A DNA stretch of 51,754 nt, from the sequence record MT446404.1. The stretch is one strand, 5' to 3'. The stretch comes from Escherichia virus TH30. The notes beneath the pieces are model-generated. The model made no database searches. It had not been told where the DNA came from and saw only the letters and a list, made by a program, of their open reading frames with translations. Shown one piece after another: positions 29,508 through 38,099 of this stretch. Position numbers and translations under genes: made by a program. The first letter of the stretch is position 1. Every line of letters starts with the position of its first letter.

Positions 29508-30055
29508 TCACCGTTCAGGAGAGCTTTCGCTTTCCGGTAGAACTGGATGGCCTTCTCCACCTCATCGGCATCATAGCCATGGATTGTTGTCTGCGGTGGC
29601 ACGTAGTGAGAACGTCGCGCGTCGGATCGGTATTGGTTGCACCATCTGTACACGCCTCGTTCATCCATTCCCACCAGGGCCGGATGCACATAAATCTTAT
29701 CGCCAATGAGGCAAACAATTCCCGCCTCCTGTAGTGCTGGGATGATGTTATTTGTCAGGTCATGCATGATCCCTTCGCGACCGACGAATGGCTGGACCTT
29801 TCGGATTGCCTCGTATAGAGATCGAATGCCAGCAACTCCCTTCCCATTGCAGCACTGGCGGCTAATCCTGCTCACTACGACGCCGTATTTGTAGCTCAAC
29901 TTGACGCACAGCATCTCTTCGGCGCTGGGCCAGAACTTGAATGATTGACGGTATCCATTGGCATTGATTGCCACACGAAGTGGCGGCAGGTTATCTTGCC
30001 TGGCGACTTCCATCACCTTTTCATCGGTCAATTTATCTTCGTCGAAATTAAACAT
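29504..30055 (-). CDS. 183-aa protein sharing N- and C-terminal segments with the 527-aa P-loop protein at 35589..37172
   Basis: MFNFDEDKL...DNLPPLRVAINANGYRQS and GIRSLYEAIRKVQPF...CLIGDKIYVHP match both ends of the larger protein. Confidence 0.55.
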   Translation of the reverse strand: MFNFDEDKLTDEKVMEVARQDNLPPLRVAINANGYRQSFKFWPSAEEMLCVKLSYKYGVVVSRISRQCCNGKGVAGIRSLYEAIRKVQPFVGREGIMHDLTNNIIPALQEAGIVCLIGDKIYVHPALVGMDERGVYRWCNQYRSDARRSHYVPPQTTIHGYDADEVEKAIQFYRKAKALLNGE

Positions 30056-30591
30056 TAGTTAGTATCCTTAATCATTTCATGGTAACGGGCCAGGGCAATG
30101 AGAGCGCCTTCTTTCTGCTCTCCTTTCAGGTCGATGACGTTTGGTGTGATCTTGAGCAGACGAGCCTTGAACCTTTCAATAGCTGCCGCTTCTTTCTCAA
30201 CATCGGCAGTCTTTCGTTTGGTTGGCTTAAGTGCCCCAGGCTCAAGCTGGATTAACAGGTTCTTATCAGCGCCGTCGCCATCCGCCTTGCGTGCTACAGT
30301 TTCCTCTCCTGACGCCAGCCAGATAAAGCGATGCTTGACGTGCATATCAATATCCCGAAGCTCCTGCATTCTTGCTGCGGTGTTATAGATGTATGAACTT
30401 TTAAGCCCTGCGATCTCACGCCCAGGAGTCATGTACTCCCCCGTCACCTCGTCCAGTATTTCATCTGGATAATCATGACCATTGACCAGGTTGAATATCT
30501 TGCGAACCGGAACTACGCACAGCTTCTTGTCGGACTTAATTGCCTGGCGTACCATCTCGCGAATCACATCACCCAATGTTACCTTATCCAT
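30055..30591 (-). CDS. hypothetical protein (178 aa), first gene of the leftward early block
   Basis: ORF only. Confidence 0.45.
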   Translation of the reverse strand: MDKVTLGDVIREMVRQAIKSDKKLCVVPVRKIFNLVNGHDYPDEILDEVTGEYMTPGREIAGLKSSYIYNTAARMQELRDIDMHVKHRFIWLASGEETVARKADGDGADKNLLIQLEPGALKPTKRKTADVEKEAAAIERFKARLLKITPNVIDLKGEQKEGALIALARYHEMIKDTN

Positions 30592-31109
30592 ACTACCACC
30601 TCATTTGATTGTTGCGTTTAAGTGAGGTCATTATGATGAGAGTTAACGCGTAAGTCAACCGTAATCGCATGTAAAAATCAGGTCGGGAAACATTTCTGCC
30701 ATGTAGGCCTTGCCACACCTGATGTAAGTAGGCGGTATATCGTGTAACGCATCCTGAAAGGTGATTGCCTATATATGGCCTCATTACCCTGGCGGAATGG
30801 TCATCTTATATAGTAGTGGGAGATATTATCAAATTTGATGGAGGTTGCGCCTAGATAGTCGTTACACAGTATACATAGATATATATAATAATAATAATAT
30901 AGATAAATGGTTGTTATATATAGATATTTTATTGTAACTAATGCGTAAAACAGCGTATGCCGCGTATGCTCATGCCAAATCGTTACACGGCATACATTGG
31001 CTATACATGCGTTACGCACAATTACGCGTATGCGCTGGAAAACGTGTGGCGGGAAAATCCTACCAGGCGATCAGGGATCAGATCTCACCCCATCATTCCC
31101 CCCTCCAAT

Positions 31110-31215
31110 GAATCATTGCTCAATTCGCAACAATCGAAAACACCATTGCAAACGATGCAATATTGCTATATGTGCAATAGTGAAGTGAATCATTGCAATA
31201 GCTGCAACAATCCAT
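31110..31215. repeat. array of at least six ATTGC/GCAAT half-sites including palindromes GCAATATTGC and ATTGCAAT
   Basis: Read directly from sequence. Confidence 0.6.
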
Positions 31216-31226
31216 AAATCGAACGA

Positions 31227-31243
31227 ATAGCACTTTTTGCTAA
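31227..31243 (+). promoter_or_regulatory. conserved 17-bp motif ATAGCACTTTTTGCTAA upstream of first rightward gene
   Basis: Followed by ATGACCGATCAGGAGTGA, TATTAT and CATCGAAACGA (31277-31287). Confidence 0.55.
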
Positions 31244-31305
31244 TGACCGATCAGGAGTGATTCGCTATTATTACTTCATCGAAACGAGACATAGAGAGCA
31301 AGCAA

Positions 31306-31632
31306 ATGAAATACGAAAATCGCGGCCAGGACATCATCAAAATCGAAAACGGCGTTGAATATGTGATGGTAGCTTGCAAGGTTAACGGTATGGATTCATT
31401 CGTTTGGGAAGAAATCAAGCCGGAAGTTAAGAGCCTGACCTGTGTAGCCCAGCCTGACGCAGAACGCGATATTTTCACTCGCTACAGCGCTTATGAAATC
31501 GTTCGTGAAACTGCTTGCTTCTGGTGGATTAAGCCTAACGCTCAGTACCGTCACCCGCGCAAAATCAGCAAGCGCACCATGCGTGAAGCTGGTATCAAAG
31601 AAGCATACGCGGCAGAGTTCGACATCGCATAA
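31306..31632 (+). CDS. hypothetical protein (108 aa)
   Basis: ORF with RBS. Confidence 0.45.
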   Translation: MKYENRGQDIIKIENGVEYVMVACKVNGMDSFVWEEIKPEVKSLTCVAQPDAERDIFTRYSAYEIVRETACFWWIKPNAQYRHPRKISKRTMREAGIKEAYAAEFDIA

Positions 31633-31649
31633 ATAGCACGATTTGCTAA
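31633..31649 (+). promoter_or_regulatory. conserved 17-bp motif ATAGCACGATTTGCTAA
   Basis: Directly after stop TAA; followed by ATGACCAATCAGGAGTGA and CATCGAAACGA. Confidence 0.55.
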
Positions 31650-31706
31650 TGACCAATCAGGAGTGAGTTTGCTAAGATTCACCCCATCGAAACGAAGGAT
31701 ATAGAG

Positions 31707-31988
31707 ATGAAAAACGATATTCAGCAAATGGCCTACCGTATACAGGTCGAGGTTCAGGCCAAACAGAATGATGCGGTAATTCGTGCTGTTCAGCGATTTT
31801 ATGGATGCGCTGAAATAACTGAAAGCATCGCTGACAGAACTACTTGCGTCTTTGAGCATGGCGACGCGGTGCTTCGTGACAAGAAAACGGATAAGGTGAT
31901 CATCATCGTTCGTCCGCATACGACCATCGATCATGACTACGGCGTTACTTTTCAGGCTAACTATTTAACGTTCGACGGGAAGAAATGA
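31707..31988 (+). CDS. hypothetical protein (93 aa)
   Basis: ORF. Confidence 0.4.
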   Translation: MKNDIQQMAYRIQVEVQAKQNDAVIRAVQRFYGCAEITESIADRTTCVFEHGDAVLRDKKTDKVIIIVRPHTTIDHDYGVTFQANYLTFDGKK

Positions 31989-32170
31989 TTATGACCACCG
32001 CTAAAATGTATTGTTACGTTGTGATTGCTGAGCCACGCGAGCCGGAATATGACAGCGAGGTGCACTGCGTATGCCTAAGTGAGCAAATGGCAGAGCAGGT
32101 TTGCGAGAAGATGAACGCAAGCGATCGCTTCAATACCTACGACTACTACGAAACGGAGCTACAGAAATGA
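31985..32170 (+). CDS. hypothetical acidic protein (61 aa)
   Basis: ORF, ATGA overlap with upstream gene. Confidence 0.35.
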   Translation: MIMTTAKMYCYVVIAEPREPEYDSEVHCVCLSEQMAEQVCEKMNASDRFNTYDYYETELQK

Positions 32171-32376
32171 TGTTTGACATTGTGCAGTTTATCGGGAGCG
32201 GCAACGAGTATCTGATCAGTTGCGACAACTCACGGTCCGAAATCTTCCGCCTGTTGGATGGTCTGCCATCACAAACAGCCGCGATGGATGAGCACATCAT
32301 TGAATGCGCGTTGTTGTCTGGCGGTGCGCGGGTAATTGGTCAGGCGAAAATCACCATCGAAATTTCACTAATCTGA
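32167..32376 (+). CDS. hypothetical protein (start probably ATGATG at 32167)
   Basis: ORF 32101..32376 trimmed. Confidence 0.3.
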   Translation: MMFDIVQFIGSGNEYLISCDNSRSEIFRLLDGLPSQTAAMDEHIIECALLSGGARVIGQAKITIEISLI

Positions 32377-32380
32377 GGAA

Positions 32381-32809
32381 ATGCAAATGAGACACGGCAT
32401 CATTTTTAAGGCGACGGACGGCACCTCGCGATTCATCATGCCATCAGGCCGGATGTATATGTGGGCTTACGGAGCCTGGCGCTTCTACTATCAGTTCGTC
32501 GATTCAACCTATAAACTTATTCGCTCAGCAGTCGGCAAGAAAGGCAGTAAAGTATTCCTGGCCTCAAGCCGCAAGGTATTCATGGAAAAGCGTGTGGCGC
32601 TCGATCCGATTGACTACTTTGCCGTTGAGTTCATGGGGCATCGGTTCAGTAAAGGGCGATTGTTCCGCAAAGGTGAGATAGCAATGGCACAACAAAATGC
32701 GGCTGTTGATTTCGGTAAAGCGGCACACCAACGCCTGACTGGTTATCAGCCATGCTTTCCGCCAACGCCGTTTTATGCTCACTATAAACGACCACCAAAA
32801 AATCGTTAA
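32381..32809 (+). CDS. hypothetical protein (142 aa)
   Basis: ORF. Confidence 0.4.
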   Translation: MQMRHGIIFKATDGTSRFIMPSGRMYMWAYGAWRFYYQFVDSTYKLIRSAVGKKGSKVFLASSRKVFMEKRVALDPIDYFAVEFMGHRFSKGRLFRKGEIAMAQQNAAVDFGKAAHQRLTGYQPCFPPTPFYAHYKRPPKNR

Positions 32810-32826
32810 ATAGCACTTTTTGTTAA
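32810..32826 (+). promoter_or_regulatory. conserved 17-bp motif ATAGCACTTTTTGTTAA
   Basis: Directly after stop; followed by hairpin and CATCGAAACGA. Confidence 0.55.
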
Positions 32827-32827
32827 A

Positions 32828-32846
32828 AGCCCCTCGCGGGCTTTTG
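32828..32846 (+). terminator. hairpin AGCCC-ctcgc-GGGCT plus T-run
   Basis: Read from sequence. Confidence 0.5.
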
Positions 32847-32890
32847 CTATTATTACTCCATCGAAACGAAGCAATCACGGAGACACAAAA

Positions 32891-33196
32891 ATGATTAACA
32901 TGAACCTTTTCACTAAAGCTGACCACGAAAATATGCAAGCGCTGGCAGACCTTTTCGCCTCCGCCGAAATGGCTGAGATGTTCATGACTGAGAATGAGTT
33001 CCGTGATGGCATCAGTAACTCAATCGAAACTAATTTCGGTGATGCTCGTATCACTGGCGCGATGTTCGCAAACGTTGCTCGTAAATTCTTCCAGTCATTC
33101 CGCGACGCTCGCCACGCAAAAGGCGCTTTCCGCTCCTCGATGGATACTGCTGAAGAGATTAATGCATACATCGAACGCAATAGCACGAATTGCTAA
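32891..33196 (+). CDS. hypothetical acidic protein (101 aa)
   Basis: ORF; last codons NSTNC-stop lie inside the next motif. Confidence 0.4.
   Translation: MINMNLFTKADHENMQALADLFASAEMAEMFMTENEFRDGISNSIETNFGDARITGAMFANVARKFFQSFRDARHAKGAFRSSMDTAEEINAYIERNSTNC
33180..33196 (+). promoter_or_regulatory. conserved 17-bp motif ATAGCACGAATTGCTAA overlapping the 3-prime end of the upstream gene
   Basis: Followed by TATAGT and CATCGAAACGAAACGA. Confidence 0.55.
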
Positions 33197-33262
33197 ACCT
33201 CAATGCCAAGGATGGCGTATAGTTACTTCATCGAAACGAAACGAGCACACCGGAGATAAAAA

Positions 33263-33502
33263 ATGAGCATCCAGGCCACTAAAACAGAAAAGCGTCTCTT
33301 CACTAAGCCTGGTTCAAAAGGCGTTGAGATGATGTTGGTAAACGGTATCGTGTTTAATAACTGCGGCAATGTTCGCGTAGGAAACAAATATACCTGGCTG
33401 AGAACTCTCCTTACTGAAGATAGCCTCAATGCAATGATCATTAACGGTACATTAATTGAAGTCCAGGACGACTGGAAGTTTTACACAGCAAAGCAGCACT
33501 AA
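33263..33502 (+). CDS. hypothetical protein (79 aa)
   Basis: ORF with RBS GGAG. Confidence 0.4.
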   Translation: MSIQATKTEKRLFTKPGSKGVEMMLVNGIVFNNCGNVRVGNKYTWLRTLLTEDSLNAMIINGTLIEVQDDWKFYTAKQH

Positions 33503-33556
33503 TAAATTATATCGCCGCCGGACGACATCCGGCATAAATCAAATGAGGAAGTAAAA

Positions 33557-33781
33557 ATGTCAGTTAAAGCTCAGAACGTAGTAGCACACATCGAATCCAA
33601 AGGCCGCGCAATCATCAAGCTGGACCGTGCCGCAGGCGTTAGTCAAATCACCATCACGCGCCGAGAGTTCAACCGCTACGTTGTTGGCACTCATCCAGGA
33701 TCAATCATCCGCAGCCTTACCCGCGCCGAGATGGTCAACCTGTTAAACGACAACTCACTTTACATCAATTCCTGGAGCTAA
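33557..33781 (+). CDS. hypothetical protein (74 aa)
   Basis: ORF with RBS. Confidence 0.4.
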   Translation: MSVKAQNVVAHIESKGRAIIKLDRAAGVSQITITRREFNRYVVGTHPGSIIRSLTRAEMVNLLNDNSLYINSWS

Positions 33782-33783
33782 CA

Positions 33784-33999
33784 GTGCATCAAGATAATTT
33801 CTGGAGCCGCCACCGCGCGGCACTTGAAGCCGGACTCAATGAAGAGTGGGCGCTCAAGGTTGCTTACGGATGCATCGAACTCGATGACGCATTGGGCGTT
33901 ATGGATATGGATCTGGAAAGCGAAAGCAACCAGTCAGTAGACGGAATCGGGGATGATTTCGACTACCGCTTAAAATTTGATGACGGAATCCCGTTCTAA
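33784..33999 (+). CDS. hypothetical acidic protein (71 aa)
   Basis: ORF. Confidence 0.35.
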   Translation: MHQDNFWSRHRAALEAGLNEEWALKVAYGCIELDDALGVMDMDLESESNQSVDGIGDDFDYRLKFDDGIPF

Positions 34000-34008
34000 G
34001 GTGAGATC

Positions 34009-34248
34009 ATGAAAGTAAAATGCACTAACGTAATCACCAGCACCGACAAGAAAGTTTTGACACCGTTCGTAAAAGGCTCTGTATACTACGCTGAGCCGCT
34101 AATCATTAACGGCAAGGTAATCCCGAACGAATGGTTAATTAATGGCGCCGAGCGACCGCACAAGCACGATACGGGGTGGATTGCCATTGCTGCGTGGCCC
34201 AGCGGATTTACCATCATCGGCATCGCAACGTTTGACGAGGTGAAATAA
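34009..34248 (+). CDS. hypothetical protein (79 aa)
   Basis: ORF with RBS GGTGAGA. Confidence 0.4.
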   Translation: MKVKCTNVITSTDKKVLTPFVKGSVYYAEPLIINGKVIPNEWLINGAERPHKHDTGWIAIAAWPSGFTIIGIATFDEVK

Positions 34249-34406
34249 TGCTCAAGCCATCCGATTTGAATTACTACGACAACGACACGATCGCGAAACT
34301 CTCAGGTCAAGGATGGTATCCATGGAGCACCAGCGCTCAGGTTGAAGATTTGCAAAGCAGTTACGAAATCACACAGAAAGCAATTGAGAAGGCAAAGAAG
34401 AAATGA
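34248..34406 (+). CDS. possible 52-aa protein (MLKPSDLNYYDNDTIAKLSGQGWYPW...)
   Basis: Below ORF-track cut-off; fills gap with TAATG and ATGA overlaps. Confidence 0.3.
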   Translation: MLKPSDLNYYDNDTIAKLSGQGWYPWSTSAQVEDLQSSYEITQKAIEKAKKK

Positions 34407-35086
34407 AAAAGGTAATTTACTGCTTGTTCGACGGTTCCGGTATCGCTGGTCTACCATGGGCGGAAAATGGTCACACCGTCTACTGCTTCAACGCGGACTC
34501 TGGTAATCATGGAGAATATCACATCAAGATGCAGCATGAGAATATCCACTACGTCAACATGTGGATTGACAAGGATTTCATCACCAAGTGCGAATTGCTC
34601 GGCCTGCCTCCGGCGCAAATGGTTATCGGCTTCCCTGATTGCACGCTGTTCTCTCAGTCAGGATCGCAGCATGAGCGCGGGGAAGATGAACTGGCGTACG
34701 CCCTGGCAAATGCGAAGCTCGTCGAAGAAGTCGGTAATCACTTCCAGGCACCATGGATGGTTGAGAATCCGGTAGGTAAGCTGTCAAGCCTGTGGCGTAA
34801 GCCTGACTTCTACTTCAATCCGTATGAGTACGGCGGGCTAATGAAGGCTCACGATCTACCGTACCACGAAAAAATGCCTAAATACGACGGCTACACGAAG
34901 AAAACTTGCATCTGGCATGGCAACGGATTCGTTGAGCCGGTTAAGAAGCCTGGCCCGATTAACATTGGCTTCTTTTGGGGATGGAAATTCCTCGGAGGGA
35001 AGTCTGCTAAGACAAAGCAGTTGCGCTCACTGACTCCACGTGGATTTGCGCGCGCCGTATACCTGGCGAATCATTTAACCAAATAG
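34403..35086 (+). CDS. compact DNA cytosine-C5 methyltransferase-like protein (227 aa)
   Basis: LFDGSGIAG (motif I FxGxG-like), GFPDCTLFSQSG (motif IV PC-like with Cys), ENPVGKL (motif VI ENV-like). Confidence 0.5.
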   Translation: MKKVIYCLFDGSGIAGLPWAENGHTVYCFNADSGNHGEYHIKMQHENIHYVNMWIDKDFITKCELLGLPPAQMVIGFPDCTLFSQSGSQHERGEDELAYALANAKLVEEVGNHFQAPWMVENPVGKLSSLWRKPDFYFNPYEYGGLMKAHDLPYHEKMPKYDGYTKKTCIWHGNGFVEPVKKPGPINIGFFWGWKFLGGKSAKTKQLRSLTPRGFARAVYLANHLTK

Positions 35087-35099
35087 CACTAATTGCTAA
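35083..35099 (+). promoter_or_regulatory. conserved 17-bp motif ATAGCACTAATTGCTAA, upstream stop TAG embedded
   Basis: Followed by terminator-like hairpin and CATCTCATCGAAACGAAAC. Confidence 0.55.
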
Positions 35100-35100
35100 A

Positions 35101-35118
35101 GCCCTTCGGGGCTTTTCC
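35101..35118 (+). terminator. hairpin AGCCC-ttcg-GGGCT plus T-run
   Basis: Read from sequence. Confidence 0.5.
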
Positions 35119-35164
35119 TGTATATTCATCTCATCGAAACGAAACACACTAAAGGAAAATAATC

Positions 35165-35518
35165 ATGGCTACCACACTTACGAAAAACTTCGTCACCTCC
35201 GACAACCGCCTTCTGAAAGCTCGCGTGAAAGATGAAGTAGAGCAAATCAAGGTTGATGGCAAGTGGGTTAACCTTGACATCAAGGGCCGTTACATCAAGA
35301 CTAAAACCCTTTACGTGACTAAGATTAACCACAAGTCTTCCGTTAAAAAAGACTTCACGCAAGGTAAGCGCTATCAGGTTGACATGCACGCCGGACTCGG
35401 TAGTAACGCTGGTTACATCTTCGATAACGACGGCGTAGCATGGCAGTTGTACCGCTCGGATGACGTCGGATTCGAAACAGTATGCGGAACATACCGATTT
35501 GAGGCTGCGTATAAATAA
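35165..35518 (+). CDS. hypothetical protein (117 aa)
   Basis: ORF with RBS AAGGAAA. Confidence 0.45.
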   Translation: MATTLTKNFVTSDNRLLKARVKDEVEQIKVDGKWVNLDIKGRYIKTKTLYVTKINHKSSVKKDFTQGKRYQVDMHAGLGSNAGYIFDNDGVAWQLYRSDDVGFETVCGTYRFEAAYK

Positions 35519-35588
35519 GTAGCATTTTTTGGCAAGCGGTTTTACCATAGGTGCGTTAACATTAGCGCACCAACTAAGGAGTTTTTTA

Positions 35589-37172
35589 ATGTTTGATTTT
35601 AACGAAGATAAACTGTCAATCGATCAGGTAATGGCTGTAGCCGCTGCCGACAACCTGCCGCCTCTGCGCGTTGCCATTAATGCGAACGGGTACAGGCAGA
35701 GCCAGTCATTCTGGAAAGCCCCAACCGAAATTGACTCAGGCGGTGACAAATATCCGGTAATCTCACTTGGTAACGATTATGATGTCGTTGGTAAACTTTC
35801 AAGCAACGCCGCCCGTTCTGTTCAGTTCCCTGAGTCGTCCGCATACATGCATTTCCTAGGATGCATATCAGCCGCCATGCTGGGCCGATTTACGGTTGAG
35901 TATCACGGAACACAACAGCCTACCGCGCTGTACGTCGTAACCAGTCAGCCACCATCGACAGGTAAGTCAGCCATCAACTCACTTTCGCTGGCCCCGATGA
36001 TCGCAGAAACTGAGCGACTAAACGAAATCCGAAAGCGTGACCGCAAGAAGATTATGGCTAAGCTTTCCGCTCTATCCAAGGAGATGAAGCAGGAGAAATC
36101 ACCGTCCGACATGGCGGCGCTGTTTGAGGAAAAAGAAGAACTGGAGGAAAAACTGGAACGGCTTTGTGACATCGTGTTCCCCGTATCCGATACCACGCCG
36201 GAAGGTCTTGCGCGAATCAACAACCGACAGGGCAACTTCTCTGTGATCTCGGATGAAGCAACGAGCGTAAACTCACTGTTAGGCATGACCTATGGTGACG
36301 GCTCAAAGAAAACGAACAGCGAGCTTGTGCTTAAGGCATGGGATGCTGGTAACGTATCTATCGCGCGTGCGAACGCAGACAATAACATGAGCTTTATTGC
36401 GATGGGGTGCATATCTGTAATTGCACAGGATGAAACAATCAACGCGATCATGAACGCCGGCGCGCGCGGTATCGGTGTATCCGAGCGTTTCTTGCTTGTG
36501 CGAGAGAAGTCATTCCTTGGCGAGCGTGTATTCGTCGATGAGAAAGGTGAATCAACATACGAGCCGATTGATGGCGGACTCAAGGCGGACTACTTCCGTT
36601 TGGTTCATGAGATCATGAGCGAACACGAAGTAAACCTGACAGTAAGCACGTCGGCGATGAAATATCTCAACCGTGCTCGTCAGGATATGGAGCCTCACCT
36701 TGCTGACGGCGGGAAGTATTCACACACAATGCTGCGCGGCGCGCTTGGTAAGTTCGATAAGCAGGCAATCAGGATTGCTGCGGTTCTTCACACTGTGCGT
36801 AACTGGTTCAATCCAAACGGCGGCAGCCCGCAGAAGTCCAGAGAGATTGAACTTGATACAATGCAAGAAGCCGTGATCATGTTCCAGGAACTCAGTAAAA
36901 CTTATCTGTCATCTGCCAACGCTGCTGGTCACGCTGGCGACCATGCGGAGATGAACAAGCTGATTGACATACTGATCAAGCAAGGCAAGAACGGGAAAGG
37001 CGTTGTAGGTGTCCGATCCCTATATGAAGCGGCGCGTAAGGTTAAGCCATTTGAGGGCCAGGCTGGCGTAATGACTCGCATCAAAGACCACCTGATCCCT
37101 ATGCTGGATGAGAAAAACTATACGTGCCTTATTGGTGATAAAATTTACATTAATCCGCGGCTGCTGGGGTAA
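35589..37172 (+). CDS. P-loop NTPase of unknown function (527 aa from ATG at 35589), possibly replication-associated
   Basis: AGGAG RBS 8 nt before ATG 35589; Walker A-like QPPSTGKSA; termini shared with 29504..30055. Confidence 0.5.
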   Translation: MFDFNEDKLSIDQVMAVAAADNLPPLRVAINANGYRQSQSFWKAPTEIDSGGDKYPVISLGNDYDVVGKLSSNAARSVQFPESSAYMHFLGCISAAMLGRFTVEYHGTQQPTALYVVTSQPPSTGKSAINSLSLAPMIAETERLNEIRKRDRKKIMAKLSALSKEMKQEKSPSDMAALFEEKEELEEKLERLCDIVFPVSDTTPEGLARINNRQGNFSVISDEATSVNSLLGMTYGDGSKKTNSELVLKAWDAGNVSIARANADNNMSFIAMGCISVIAQDETINAIMNAGARGIGVSERFLLVREKSFLGERVFVDEKGESTYEPIDGGLKADYFRLVHEIMSEHEVNLTVSTSAMKYLNRARQDMEPHLADGGKYSHTMLRGALGKFDKQAIRIAAVLHTVRNWFNPNGGSPQKSREIELDTMQEAVIMFQELSKTYLSSANAAGHAGDHAEMNKLIDILIKQGKNGKGVVGVRSLYEAARKVKPFEGQAGVMTRIKDHLIPMLDEKNYTCLIGDKIYINPRLLG

Positions 37173-37175
37173 ATT

Positions 37176-37550
37176 ATGTTTCTTCTGGATCTGTACCGTT
37201 TTTGCGAAGGCTATGAAAAATTCAACCGTCAGCACCTGGCGGTATTCATATACAAGCACAGGGAGTGTGAGCGACTGGCTAAGGCCGCAGGCGTTACTCC
37301 TCGCTATTTCGCGTCATCAGCCTCAAAGGAGTTCATTGCAAGATGTATGGTCGAAGGATACATTAACGGGGTGAACAACTGGTACTGGTCCAATGGGGCG
37401 CAAAAGAGGCCATTTGAATTTCATTTCAAGTGCTATGGCGGTGAGAACGATCGCTATACATGGGAGATGATGAACATAGAGAAGATGAGCGATAATGAGT
37501 TATTCGGAAAGCCAGGTTGTAATCGACGCGATAATCAGATGCAGTTCTGA
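37176..37550 (+). CDS. hypothetical protein (124 aa)
   Basis: ORF. Confidence 0.4.
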   Translation: MFLLDLYRFCEGYEKFNRQHLAVFIYKHRECERLAKAAGVTPRYFASSASKEFIARCMVEGYINGVNNWYWSNGAQKRPFEFHFKCYGGENDRYTWEMMNIEKMSDNELFGKPGCNRRDNQMQF

Positions 37551-37687
37551 GAATGGGATTAGCGAGGACGGGCTTAACCAAGCCCTTCTTTCAATGCTTA
37601 ACTCATCCATGCGCGCCGGACGACGTGATGAGCATACTCTATGCAATAATGAAGGTGAATTATTGCTGCTGGTGCAAAGATTTGGAT

Positions 37688-37720
37688 AAAAAAGGGAGCC
37701 TTTCGGCTCCTTTTATTTTT
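37688..37720. terminator. bidirectional terminator between rightward early block and lysis cassette
   Basis: A-run, GGAGCC-tttc-GGCTCC, T-run. Confidence 0.65.
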
Positions 37721-38099
37721 TGCGTCGTTCCAGCCAGATTGAAAGAGCAATCATCACAATGCCGATGAACAGGAATACCAGTCCGGCAATCAGATTACCT
37801 TTCGAGTCATCGTTCCTGATCTCAATCTTATCAGCGATGATGGTGTCAGCCTTGATGCTTGAGGTGCTGACAGACTTCCCGTTTGACGTATCAACCTTTC
37901 CTACCTTTGAATCTTTTATAGTGGTGTCGTTGTCGTTTGACTTATCCACCTTTCCGGTAACGCCTACCGTTTGCTTCACGTTCTCGGCACCAGCCTGTGC
38001 GCTAATTTCTGGCTTACTGCCAATTAAACCAGTCAGCGCCGAAGTGGCTGAACAACCTGAAAGCATAATCACTGCCGCGATCACAATTCCCTTAAGCAT
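37713..38099 (-). CDS. unimolecular spanin-like protein (lipoprotein with C-terminal transmembrane helix, 128 aa)
   Basis: Lipobox LSGC at N-terminus and hydrophobic helix LIAGLVFLFIGIVMIALSIW then RRKK; last gene of lysis cassette. Confidence 0.6.
   Translation of the reverse strand: MLKGIVIAAVIMLSGCSATSALTGLIGSKPEISAQAGAENVKQTVGVTGKVDKSNDNDTTIKDSKVGKVDTSNGKSVSTSSIKADTIIADKIEIRNDDSKGNLIAGLVFLFIGIVMIALSIWLERRKK

Larger units (their letters stand above)
30592..31305. promoter_or_regulatory. about 700-bp divergent non-coding control region (AT-rich tract, GTTAC repeats, ATTGC/GCAAT array)
   Basis: No convincing ORF; repeats shared with the terminal repeat. Confidence 0.6.

Noticed and set aside
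30801-31217. ORFs 30801..31019 (-), 30957..31217 (+) and 30997..31188 (+) in the divergent control region
   Set aside because: They overlap the AT-rich repeat and the ATTGC/GCAAT array and have low-complexity translations; treated as non-coding.
35126-36583. Minus-strand ORFs 35126..35548, 35945..36286 and 36290..36583 inside the rightward block
   Set aside because: Antisense to better-supported plus-strand genes with motif-defined boundaries.
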